Shown here: positions 14,642 through 28,434 of the stretch, piece by piece
Numbering within the stretch: position 1 is the stretch's first letter
Layout of the letters: each line of letters starts with the position of its first letter
DNA from: Octopus vulgaris
Taxonomy: Eukaryota
Assembly (NCBI GenBank): GCA_951406725.2
Contig: OX597837.1
Span: 12,338,001-12,402,000 of the forward strand
Length of the DNA: 64,000 nucleotides
Direction of reading: 5' to 3'
Notes under the pieces: generated by a model
What the model saw: the letters and a program-made list of their open reading frames with translations, nothing else
Database searches by the model: none
What the model was told of the DNA's origin: nothing
Program-made: the position numbers and the translations under genes

Positions 14642-16274
14642 GCACAACAGCTTCCACAAGGACATGTGTTACATCAAAAATTCTTGGTTGGGGATGCAAA
14701 TCCTCTCATTCGCGTACGACATAATGCGACAACAGCATAGAATTGAAGCGTCCATCTCTTTCTTCTCTCAATGTAGAATGAGGAAATTTGGATGTTGAAG
14801 TAATGTAAATAAATTAATAAATAAATACATATATAGACGTGAAAGAACCTGGTAATAAGAGTAAATAGGGGTAAAGATGGAGGGGCGAGAATTCAGGACG
14901 AAGGATAAAAAATATATAAAAAGTGTAAGTATAGAAAAATATAAAAATGTAGGGTATAAAGATATAAAGAGATATAAGGAGATATAAAGGGGATATAAAG
15001 AATATAAAAAAATATAAATGAATATAAAGGCATAAGGTTATAAAATAAAAATAGAAATAGAAATAAAAGTAAAAAAATAAAAATAGGAATAAAAATGATA
15101 AAAATGTAAAAAAATGTAAAAAAATATAAAGATAAGGGATGTATAGAGGTTACGGACCAAACATGGTGGTCAGGAAATTGACATAGTTTAGTTGTAGAAG
15201 CTTTGGGTGTCAATAAATCAACAGGGACGTCTGGGGACCTAGTGTATTGTAAATCAGAGCTGTTGAGCGGTTAATCTAGTTCTTTGAATTACGTGGTCAT
15301 CTTGTACATACATACCAGCATGGATACATACACCCATATACATGCGCACATATACGCGCGCATACACAGCTCTAAGCATATAAGCATATATACGCACTCA
15401 CGTGTAAACATGTACATAAACATATATACACCCACACACATGCGCATACATACATACATACAACAGAATATGCGCACATATACACGGACATTATACGTGT
15501 ACACACCCATATATATATATACGTACGTCCCTCTTTACATACACATACACAGATGCCGACACGTCCAGGTTTAGATATAAGATATTAAAGGATGTATATA
15601 AGAACGCATGTAAAGAATCACGCACTCACGTCTACACGTGCACGCACACACGGCTGTGTGTCCATATGTGCGTGCACATATACACTTACATACACACACA
15701 GAGACATACGCGCGTATAGGTATAGATATAAGATATTAAAAGATGTATACAAATAGGTGTAAACGTATGCATATAAGAAATCTGCGAAAAAATGTAAAAA
15801 AATGTAAAGAAATACGTAAGAAATTTTTAAAAATTATTAAAGAAAATTATTAGAGATGAGTAACGGGGTATGCACATCCAGACGTAGATGTTTACTCGTA
15901 CATATGTACACATATGTATACGTATACATACGTACACGGACGCGCGTATAATCATAAAGCGGATCCGTAGATAAGTAAATAAGGGATAAGCAAAAAAAAT
16001 AGACATATATAGAGATATAAAGCGATAAGTTAGGGGTAAGAATGAGGGTAAGAATAAAAATTAGAAATAAAAGTAAGAAATACAATATAAAAGTTAGAAA
16101 TGAAAAATAAAAATTATAAGAGCTATAAGAATTAAAATAAGGGATGAAAATAAAAATAAGAATAAAGGTAAAGCGAAATAGAATAGGATAAAGTAAAATA
16201 AAAATATAATCTGGTAAAGTTTAACATGAGATGAAGGTGGTTGAAAGTTAAAGGTGTGTGCTAAAGGTGCCCAC

Positions 16275-16334
<60 letters not shown>

Positions 16335-16711
16335 GTGTGTGTATGTGTGTATATGTATATATGTATATGTATATATATATATTTTTTTTTCGATTAGATT
16401 TATTATTATTATTACTAATATTGTTGTTATACATACATACAAGCATATGTACTGATAATAATGAGTGGATGTAAACACATGAACAAAATTAGAACAAAAG
16501 CAACAACAAAAACAAAATACAAATTACAAGAATGTATATAAACAGAAGATACAAATATTACAGGCATGATGCTTTGGCCACACACACACTAAATAAACAT
16601 AGACGCACATAGAGATATATAAGCATGCGCAAATGAAGACATACAATAGAAATACAAAATGGCTGACGGTTAGTAAGGAGAGACACAAATACGAAAGAAG
16701 AAAACAAAGGA

Positions 16712-16751
16712 CCACTGATGCGGTCACAGGAGTGTGACGAAAGAACTCTGG
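16712..16751 (+). ncRNA. Hammerhead-like motif with A9C core variant
   Basis: cca-CTGATGC-g-gtcac-aggagt-gtgac-GAAA-gaac-TC-tgg. All stems pair, but the core has C in place of A9. Confidence 0.6.
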
Positions 16752-16928
16752 CCGAAATAAGATTAAGATTAATGTAAAAAATAAATATCACTGAAGCAAA
16801 ATAACACCAAATATATAGTGCGTGTGTTTTTATTGGCTAAACTGGCAATATGACCATTCCGAAATATAACAATATCTGTTTCAACACACGACTTCACATA
16901 AAAAATCTTGCACAACAAATATTCAAAC

Positions 16929-16991
<63 letters not shown>

Positions 16992-17433
16992 ATATATATA
17001 TATTGCAGATGGAAGTGTTCAGGTAACACTGAGACGAAAGGAAAAACAAATTGAAAGATATGATGACTAAACGCTCTAACTGGTCAAAACAAGTTTATAA
17101 CATTCCTACTTTATCATAAATCGAACATAAATATATATTAAGCCATCAAGTCGTCTAATGGAAAATGTCAATAGTATAAAGTATACACATATATACGAAT
17201 AAAAGGTGATAAAACCTGAAAGGGTAATACGAGTGAGGTCGAATGAAAAAAATATATGGATTAAATTGATGCATAATAAAAGGGGCTAAAAATTTAAGAC
17301 AATGAAACTAAAATAATATAATGCATAGCAAAGGCGTTGCAAATGGTCGAAAAGGAGCGGGAAGCGATGAAATCGAGAAATTATATCCACCAAAACGCTG
17401 TTGAGTACTCTTATTCATCGATCGCCATTTACG

Positions 17434-17502
<69 letters not shown>

Positions 17503-17597
17503 TCAAAATATATATTCATTCAAAATGTGACCGCGTGTGTACCGTTGGCGATTTTTTTCTTCCGTATTCCCTTCCTTGGATCTTTCCTTTTCCTATG

Positions 17598-17630
17598 TTT
17601 CTGACGAAGAGCTTCGCTCGAAACGTTAAA
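17598..17630 (+). ncRNA. Minimal hammerhead ribozyme motif in a short repeat inserted in (TA)n
   Basis: ttt-CTGACGA-a-gagc-ttc-gctc-GAAA-cg-TT-aaa. The host repeat spans about 17520-17731, and a copy lacking the ribozyme lies at about 51700-51832 on the minus strand. Confidence 0.75.
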
Positions 17631-17734
17631 TCCTCCTTCTTTCTTTCCTTTCCTGAGCGTCCAATAACACTATACTTGTTCCAGGTCCTCGCGTTGTGTT
17701 TTCTCTTTGTGTTTTCATGTTTGGATTAACTATA

Positions 17735-17770
<36 letters not shown>

Positions 17771-17792
17771 TGTATGTATGTATGTATGTATG

Positions 17793-17883
<91 letters not shown>

Positions 17884-18442
17884 TAAATTAGAGATAAAAC
17901 CACTATTAGGCAAATCAAACAATGAAAAACATAAACCAAAACATAAAAAAAACATAATTAATATAGAATATATAAAATATAAAATTTATAACTTAAATTA
18001 TTTAAATTTAAAGTTTTTAATTTATATTTATAAATTTTTATATTTTTTAAATTTTAAATTAATAAATTCTTAAATTTTTAAATCTAAATTTTTTTTTTTA
18101 AATATATATAACTATCAAAAGGTTTAATATAAGATAATAAATAATAAATAATAAATAATAAATAAATATATAAGGACTTATATAGCAGACACAAATAGCG
18201 TTATTCATTTCGATAAATGACACCGGATATCATTACCAGGTGTAACTCTTTCGACTAACACCGTCGGTCAACTGGTCATCTTCCCACTTACTGCTCTATT
18301 CATCTACTTGAAAAAATACAAACACGCGTGCAACCTTTAAAGGGCACAAAAATATAAAACTTAAGGCTTAACAAACTTTTCTTTCTTTCCTTTTTCTTTT
18401 TTTTTTTCTCCTGTTAATATTCCTCTGATAAAACTCTAAATC

Positions 18443-18520
18443 CTTCTGACGATATTTGTTGGATGGAACGAGATAAATGCAAATTTACCCTAAAAAATAA
18501 CAAACTGAAACAGCTGTAAA
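18443..18520 (+). ncRNA. Type I hammerhead ribozyme motif with a weak stem I
   Basis: tt-CTGACGA-ta-tttgtt...aacaaa-ct-GAAA-cagctg-TA-aa. Confidence 0.6.
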
Positions 18521-18624
18521 TGTTATTTTAACTACAATTAAAATTATGACCATTTAATACCAATGAGCAACTTCTAATTGTTAATTGCTGCTCCATTTCC
18601 TTTCTTATCTATCTATCTATCTAC

Positions 18625-18699
<75 letters not shown>

Positions 18700-18775
18700 C
18701 GCCATGTTGGATCGTTAGCCCCTACACGCAATTTTTTTCTCTACTTGTTTCTCTCCTTGTTTCTTTTCTGTGTAT

Positions 18776-18811
18776 CTTTCTGTCGAAGAGCGTAGGCTCG
18801 AAACGTAAAAG
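18776..18811 (+). ncRNA. Minimal hammerhead motif with A6U core variant
   Basis: cttt-CTGTCGA-a-gagc-gtag-gctc-GAAA-cg-TA-aaag. A related 3' half occurs at about 58964-59073. Confidence 0.65.
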
Positions 18812-18906
18812 ACTTGTTCTATTTCTATTCCTCAGCGCCATACTAATACATTTGTTTGTTTGTACTCCACCTGCCTTCGTCTTTTGTTTATTCTCGTAAA
18901 CTTTCC

Positions 18907-18983
<77 letters not shown>

Positions 18984-19090
18984 ATAAATCCATTAAACCC
19001 AACATTAATATACTACAATTTATTGCACTCTCTACCAGTTCCACTGGTAAATACGACTTTTTGCATGCCACTCAAAGCTTCTAAACTGCG

Positions 19091-20056
<966 letters not shown>

Positions 20057-21520
20057 ATGTCTCGATTTACGAATTGTATTCAGCGCTATTGCTCGTGTCG
20101 ATGGAGATTATGCTATATTTGTGCAATAGCTTCTCTTGTTATGCAAACATTAAGAGTCGATATAAGTATGGCGTTTGTTTGTATGTTGAAAACCCCGAAT
20201 CGTACAAGCGAAGAAGTTAACGTTACTACAGACAACCAACATTGTTCCGGATTCGATAACCGTTCAATGATCGAAAACTATGAAGGGGAGTTTGAATGGA
20301 GCGACACGTTACAATCAAACATACTGGCCGGATACTTCTATGGATATATAGCAACTAATTATTTGGGTGGTTTATTGGCCGATAAATACGGTGCGAAAAG
20401 AGTTGTCGGAGGTTCAATACTCTCAGCATCCATTCTGACCATTCTTCATCCAAGTTTGTCTCGAATTAGTGGTTACTTGACCCTCGTTCTAAGGATATTA
20501 ACAGGTATGGCATCAGGATCAATATACCCGGCGTTTCAATCCCTATATGGACGTTGGGCGCCTCCGCAAGAAATTGGTTCGTTGGTTGGGCTTACATTCG
20601 CTGGTCTGTATTTAGGTAATATTGTAGGACTTTCAATATCAGGTTATCTTTGTCTTTATGGATTTGACAATGGATGGGGTTCTATATTCTATGTATTCGG
20701 TGGATTATCGTTGGTGTTTAGTTGTGTGTGGTTTTATGTTGTTTATGATACTCCAGATGGCCATCCAACCATTAGCGAAAAAGAACGTTCTTATTTAAAC
20801 AAAACTATAATAAGTAAAAAAGTGGTGAAAAATGTACCATGGAGACGACTCCTTTCTTCGCCTGCAGTTTGGGCCATTAGCATTGGCTGGTTTGCTAAAA
20901 GTTGGACTGGTTTGTCTTTCCAGGTGTTGCTACCCCTTTATATGAAAGAAGCCTTAAACGTTAATACGACCTCTAACGGTTTAATGTCATCTGCTCCTTC
21001 GGTCGGACTGATCATTGCACTACCACTGTGCGGGAACCTGGCTGATTTTATACGTTTAAAGAAATATATGTCAACTCGTTGTGTTCGCGTTTTATTCCAA
21101 ACCGTTTCTCTGATTGCTTCAGCATGTCTGTTGATAGTCATAGGATTCCTCAGATGTGACCAAACCATTCTAATAACTATCTTATTGTTTCTCATTGGTA
21201 TAACTCTATCATTTTCCAGTGGTGGTGTTATCGTCAACAACAATGATATTGCTCCAAGTTATGCTGGAATTATATTTGGAATTGCAAATACAATCGCAGC
21301 AACCTCGGGAAGTATTTCTCCTTTATCTGCAAAAGCTCTCACCCCAAACGGTACACAAGAAGAATGGCAGATCGTGTTTGCTTTGTGTGCTGCTATATGT
21401 GTTGTTGGTACAATATTATATGCAATATTAGCAAGAGGAGAAATTCAAGATTGGGCGATTTCAGAAGACCCTGGGCCATCTGTTCCCCTTAATGACATGA
21501 ACACAAATGAATCGGCTTAA
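20057..21520 (+). CDS. SLC17/sialin-like transporter, paralog 2 (487 aa)
   Basis: Intact single-exon ORF, colinear with paralog 1. Confidence 0.95.
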   Translation: MSRFTNCIQRYCSCRWRLCYICAIASLVMQTLRVDISMAFVCMLKTPNRTSEEVNVTTDNQHCSGFDNRSMIENYEGEFEWSDTLQSNILAGYFYGYIATNYLGGLLADKYGAKRVVGGSILSASILTILHPSLSRISGYLTLVLRILTGMASGSIYPAFQSLYGRWAPPQEIGSLVGLTFAGLYLGNIVGLSISGYLCLYGFDNGWGSIFYVFGGLSLVFSCVWFYVVYDTPDGHPTISEKERSYLNKTIISKKVVKNVPWRRLLSSPAVWAISIGWFAKSWTGLSFQVLLPLYMKEALNVNTTSNGLMSSAPSVGLIIALPLCGNLADFIRLKKYMSTRCVRVLFQTVSLIASACLLIVIGFLRCDQTILITILLFLIGITLSFSSGGVIVNNNDIAPSYAGIIFGIANTIAATSGSISPLSAKALTPNGTQEEWQIVFALCAAICVVGTILYAILARGEIQDWAISEDPGPSVPLNDMNTNESA

Positions 21521-24050
21521 CTAGCTTACTGAAATTTTAGCAGAACCAAACACATTATCAACTAGAATGCATAGTTCTCTTTATTTCAGTGATTCCGTAA
21601 TATATGTATGTATACATGTGTGTATGTAAGTGTGTATGTAGGTATGTGTGTAAGTATGTTATACATACACACATAAAAATTTCATAAAAATTGTAGCTAT
21701 AAAATTAACATAGAATTATATACTACTACATTTTAAGTACAAAATCAGAAAATAATATTGCTGTATATACATCTTTCGCTTCCTTTCCCGATCTCTCTCT
21801 GTCTTTCTCTCTGTCACATCTATTTATCTATCAATCTATTTACAATTTGGCAATCTAGATTTTATAACCTTTCTTCTTCATTTAAGTTTAGAAGAACACG
21901 TAATTCCACGAACCTTAGTAATTGTAATTGGAATTTGAAAGAGAGGAAGATTAATTAAGATACAGAGTGGTCCAATATGAGTTACGCTCCATTGAATAAT
22001 ACTCATATTTTTAAATGTGATTCTTGTCCAGAAAAATCTATTATATAATTACTTCAAGATTAAAATTATAAAATTCTAGAACCAATCTCATGTTGAAATG
22101 TTCCCATAAATATGAAAGTGCATTTATATAGTTCAATAGAAATAACACCTTAATTGTTTAGTCTCTTAATTGTTTCAGTCATTAGACTGCGGCCATGCTG
22201 TGGCAGTGCCTTGAAGAATGTTAGTACTTTTTTATCTGTATAAGGCATCCTAGTTGTTTTATCTCTTTGCTGAACCGCTAAGTTACGGGGACGTATAGAC
22301 ACCACCACTTATTGTCAAGCGGTGATGGGGGAACAAAATTATCGATGCAATCAAATTTGAAGAAAAATTTTCATAAAATATATTTTATATAAAAAAACAT
22401 TTTTTAAAAATCAGAATGATACGAACTTTTCAGGATCGAACTTTTCGTTTTGTGCATCTACACTTTCACCGTGTATTTTCTCTTGAACACAGTGTTGGCG
22501 GTTATCCATAAAGTGGAGGATATTTCTAGTAACGGTGCTATTTCAAGTTTTGTTCATCATTTAAACATCTAAAGTATTTTCCCTTTGCCTTTCGCAGTAA
22601 CTCATCTTCTTTTTCCTTTACTTTGAAAGAAAAATGTGTATTTTCTATTCGTACACATAATTATTAATGCATGTTCACTTCATATTTCTAAGAGATGAAA
22701 TTTTGATTTGATGTTTATGTACCCTGATTGTTGTATTAATTGTGACCCGGTTTGGCCGACGTAATTTTTATTGGACTTCACTGTTTGAGGTGCAGTTAAT
22801 ATGATTTTTTGTTTAACAAGTCATAGTTGCATTAACCTTTAATTCCTTCATAATCTTGAATTTTTTTGTCCTTCCCTCTTCAATTGTTTCACAAGTTCTA
22901 CGGCGAAGGTCTCCACAGTATGTTACTTGCATTATTTCTCTTTCGGATCTGAATTTCCTCATTGTTTATAGACTTTCAAGATTGCGTACGTTTGCATATA
23001 CATGCATATGCGAACGGTGTGAGCATGTGATGCACTGAACGTCGGACAAAGTAACAACTCGACATATTAAAACCTTCTTTGACTGTCAGAGTGGGTCAAT
23101 GAAATCGTTAGCAATTTTGAATAATAAGAGGAAGTAATTTCAAAGCATAGGCAATTGAATAGTTGCTTACCGTTTGAAATATAGTTGTGGGACCAGTGTT
23201 TCGGCCTTGAAGTGTCCTCATCAGAGAACCTTTGTCTCGCTTTCTTTCCATTAATATGAAACGTTTTTATATGCATATTGCTGTTGAGAACTTTACTAAC
23301 CATTTCAAAATGAACACACGTCCATCTAATATCTGTCTGCATGAGTGCTTTTGTCCCTCAACTGAAAATAATAAACCAATAAATATTTCTTGACCAATAA
23401 AGCTTTCATGTTATTAATATATTTATTACTCTATGATTAACTCAACGGTCAATCATACAAAAATCACAGGAGGACAATGTGGACAAACTTCCACAGCTGC
23501 TTCTCTCCTATTATTTACTTCTCACCCTACTACTCTTTCTTTACTGTTATATTTCCGGGTTTATTCCGGCCTTTTCATCTTTTTTGTATTATAAATAATA
23601 AACACACTAACAAACACCATGAAAAATATTATTCCATTTCCTCCCTTAAGACAACAGTTTATCATGACCCACTTTTCCTCTGACAGGTGGCAATAGTGAA
23701 GAAATTTGGTACGGTTGACGAGTATGAATGCGCTGTTGAGAGACAATTTTTCATCAACCAAATCCTTATAAAATTCTTAAGTAGAAGTATCAGAGGAAAA
23801 AGGGAGTGGACAGGGAGATACTGTCTTTCAATAAGTCTCTTGAAAATTGTATGTGAATGACAAATACGGTGCGAGTGAACGGGCCTACGATAAGTAGATG
23901 GCTATTGACCGAGATGTGGCAGAAGAATGAAGACACATGCCCTTGATGGACTGTGTATTCTAGGATCTGTCTCTGGGTTCCTTAACTGCCTCTTGTTAAA
24001 TATTGTGTCTACCGGGAGTCGGTACTCTCTGTCAAGTCACAACAACGACC

Positions 24051-25950
24051 TCAGAGAAACAGTACTTTACTCAATATCAGTGCAGTTCCAAGTAATGCCA
24101 TTTTTTTCAATACACTTAGATTGTAAGCTATTTCTAATGTTTTCAGATGTTTTCTTAGGTTGGGTGGTTTTGAACCCAATGCTCCGATGACAATAGGGAC
24201 AACCTTTATGTTTTTCTCTCGCAGCTGCCACATCTTGACAATCTCAATTCTCAAGTCTCTATATTTATCAATCTTTTCTCTTTCATGATAGTGTGTTGAT
24301 CTCCTGCCACTGCTACGTCGATTATTAGGTATTCTTGTTTGTCCCTCCTAAAGATTACTATATCCGGCCTTCGGTGATCTAACACGTTGTCTGTCTGGAA
24401 GTCAAAGTCCCTGAGGATTTTTGCCTTCCCCTTTTCGCTCATTACCTTTCCCGGTGTATGTTTGTACTAAGCACCCTTTTACCTCGCATCCATACTTCCG
24501 GCATGGTAGTCGGGGAAGATTTTGGGGCTACCTTGTTGTGTCTGCGCTTGTACTCTTTCTGCGCAAGACCTTCACAAGCACTAATAATGTGAGACATGCT
24601 TTCGAATCGTCTTCCCGCACATTCTGCAGAGGTTCGTTGCATTTGTCTGGTATATATCCCTTTTCACTGAGTTCGTGTTCAATGTCTGGTCCTGGGTGGC
24701 CATGATTAGGCTTTTTCAGTATTCTTTTTTAGGTCAACCTTGCCGAGTCACCTCCATGATGCTTCATGTTCTTTTAAGTTGTTAGTTTCACGGTGGAACT
24801 GACCATGTAATTCCATGCCTAGTAGATTTCCTTCTTTCTCGTTGGCTATTCCTGATCGGAATTCACAAGAACTCTCAAGTTCATTTTTGGTAAATCCGTC
24901 TACATCATCCGCATACTGTAGCAGGTCACGTTTGCTGTTTACAAAATATTTTGCCATGTTTCTGATTTCACTCTTAATGCACCTCCATACGCTAGTCAGC
25001 CCACATCCACTTTTACACGTGTTCATGTGAAGCCTGTGTACGTTCGCCTTAGGGTGGAGGGTACCATATATTGTTATGTAAAGGCGGCGAGCTAGCAGAA
25101 ACGTTAGCACGCCGGGCGAAATGCTTTGCGGTATTTCGTCTGCCATTACGTTCTGAGTTCCAATTCCGCCGAGGTCGACTTTGCCTTTCATCCTTTTGGG
25201 GTCGATTAGATAAAGTACCAGTTTCTCACTGGGGTCGATGTCATCGGCTTAATCCGTTTGACTGTCCTTGTTTGTCCCCTCTATGTTTAGCCCCTTGTGG
25301 GTAGTAGAGAAATATATATTGTTATGGTCTTTCGTGTAGTGCAATCGAATTGGTTAATCTCCGCTTGTGTCCATTTCAGGATGGGTGCTCTGTAACACAC
25401 TTCAGCAACAGCCCATGTGTTGGTAGCAGTCACAAGGTTCCTTGAGTTGAGTTTTTATTTCAAGAGAAGTTTGAGGCGCTTCAAATATTCAATGATTATC
25501 TTGCCTTTCATTTCTCTGAGCAAGATAGTGTCTAACTCCAGGATCCCAAGACGTGTGGACGCATTCAGAACGCCTGATATGTTCCTCCCTGTTGGCCACC
25601 GTTTCGCAGTGTCCGTTGCTGTCCATATCACGTCTTACATCCTTAAAAGTGTCCACAGATCATTGAGCAGCAGTCATGATGCCAGCATTTTGATTACTCG
25701 GCGCGAGTCCTCATAATACAGGTAACTCTTTTCTATTATTCAGACGGTTTCCAGTCCTCCATGTCAGCTTATAATGTTTTTTATCAACTACAAATTTTAT
25801 GTTTGTTCTCTCCAACACCGTTGACTGTTTATCAGGATATAATTCCGTTCCTGAAAAGAACAAAACAGATACAAACAATCGTCAAAATTAATTCGCACGT
25901 CCTGTACATTTTAGAATTATTTTTTCACGTGTTTTCGGTTGCTATTGATT
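24051..25950 (-). mobile_element. Degenerate R4/Dong-clade LINE with restriction-like endonuclease, interrupted by a SINE at 25082-25312
   Basis: Fragments read LHPKANVHRL..GCGL, LHGQFHRE, ESMSHIISACEGLAQKEYKRRHNKVA, DFDFQTDNVLDHRRPDIV..LIIDVAV and KVVPIVIGALG. Confidence 0.8.
25082..25312 (+). mobile_element. tRNA-derived SINE, family A, full length
   Basis: aggcggcgagctagcagaaacgttagcacgccgggcgaaatgc..., nested in the LINE. Confidence 0.85.
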
Positions 25951-26377
25951 CAAAACAATCACCTCTTGGGGTATGAGGAAGGGAATCGGGACACAAACGT
26001 GGAAGTCCCGAATACATCTTGAAATTGCAAGGTTGCGCTGTCAGAATAAAGGCAGGTAATTCTTCGATGGGACGAAAGCAATAACTGTTCGATGGAGCCA
26101 GGAGACAAAGTCAAAGAAAAAAAGAGTCGGAAAAAGATACAAGCCTAAGGCATAATTGCGTGGCTAAGGAGCTCGCTTTACAACCATGTGGTTTGGGGCT
26201 TAGCGCCACTGTGCGGCAACCTGGGCAAGTTTCATTTTTGTACAGACCCGGGCAGGCCAATTTCTTATGAGTGAATTTGGTTGATGGAAACTGTGTGAAA
26301 GCCCGACGTCCATATATGTATGTATGTGTGTATATTTATCTATCTATATATCTATATCTATATCTATCTATCTATCC

Positions 26378-26790
<413 letters not shown>

Positions 26791-26836
26791 TTTACGTTCT
26801 TGTCCCATTTTGTATTATATATAAATACATATATAG

Positions 26837-26902
<66 letters not shown>

Positions 26903-28434
26903 AGATAGATAAAGAGAGAGAGAGAGAGAGAGGGAGAGAGAGTGAGAGCAGTGCAGGGAAGTAGGCAACACGGAAACACACGAGGTCACACGGCACGCTG
27001 TCGTGCGTACACACAAATTGGTGAACTCACACTCATACACATACAGACAAGAGAAAGGCAAGAGCCCGTTACGAAGCATATAATCATATACACACTGATG
27101 CGTACGCATACACGCACTCACACACACACACACACAATCTCTCTCTCTCTCACTCACACCCGAACACATATGCACAGAGCATATATTGAATGAAAGACTT
27201 TTTCATCTCTAGAAATACAAAAAGCTTGATTATCGAAGAGAATGCGGTTTACAGGATGTTCTGGCGACGTTTGACGATGTTAATGTCTCCTTTTATTTTC
27301 CAGAAACAGCGCGATGTTCTGGTAAACAATGAACGGTGTTGAAGAGCAGAAACATCAAAGTTGTAGTTGAGAAAAAAGTTAGCTGTCATGGCAGACTGGA
27401 AGCCATCTGAATATTGGAAAAGAGTCACCTGTGTCACGATGAATCGCGCCGGGTATCAAAATACCGACATTCATGACCACCACTCGGTGCTTTGTGAATA
27501 CGGTAAAGGCTGTAAGATTGGATTTGACATGTAACGGCTGTTATGGAAATGGTATCATAATCAGTGGGCACAGAATTGGTTGAATTGTATTTGCAGGTGA
27601 ATAGATGCTGCTAGGCTCATCAGAAGGTGATCTCCAGTATACACTGGAGAGACTCGCAGCCAAATGCTGCAAAACATAGATATTGATTTTAATAATTTAA
27701 TATTGATTTTTTTCTTCTTCATTTGTACAGGGTTTCAAAATTCAGAGAATTCACAATCGATTGAAGTAAGAACATAACGAGACGTGTGAGAGAAAAAAAA
27801 TACTCAAAGAATTTTATTTCTCAACTTCACCAATTCTGTTCACCAACATTTGTCACAGTTTCTGCCACAGTCTGGAAACGAAGACCAAATTACATGGAAT
27901 GACTCAACTGGTTCTTAGGTATGTCTAAAGCTTCGAATTTAACAGAGGAGGAATTCCAAGGCGCGAAGATTTTCCAAGCTTTACAGACAGTAACAGAATA
28001 CCAGAACGTGTGTCCTCTGTAACTTACTGTCACAACTTTGCACCTCCACAGTTTTTTTTATTTCTTGATTGTGTAAAGGAGACACGAAATACAACTAACC
28101 TATATTGATTGTTATAACGTATAACATATATTGATACTTGTCTTATATTGATTGGTAAATGACATACTTGTTAATCGATAATAAATGGTGCTGATGTTCT
28201 GCGAAATATAACTGAACTGCAGATATTTTGTTCATTATTTTGGAAGAACACATAACGCTTCAATAGCGTTACACTTTTGGGACCAAACTCCTTTTATGCA
28301 ATGAAGTCAAACGCAACAAGTGTCTGTTAGTATTCGTTTAAGTATCTTGGACTTACATCTTTCATCGATTATATTTTCAGATTCTGATCAAGTAAAAGGT
28401 TGTGAAAATTGTTAAAAATTGAAATTTACACAAA

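Noticed and set aside
20938-21243. Recurring ~101-aa antisense ORF (also at 29316, 40117, 48885 and 63569)
   Set aside because: It is a shadow of the duplicated SLC17 CDS. It has a non-ATG start, variable length, and is absent from paralog 1.
23188-23226. Minus-strand CTGATGA..GAAA..TC hammerhead core
   Set aside because: Stem I does not pair, so it is probably a decayed copy and was not counted. The same applies to degenerate cores at about 18200-18280 and 52425-52485.
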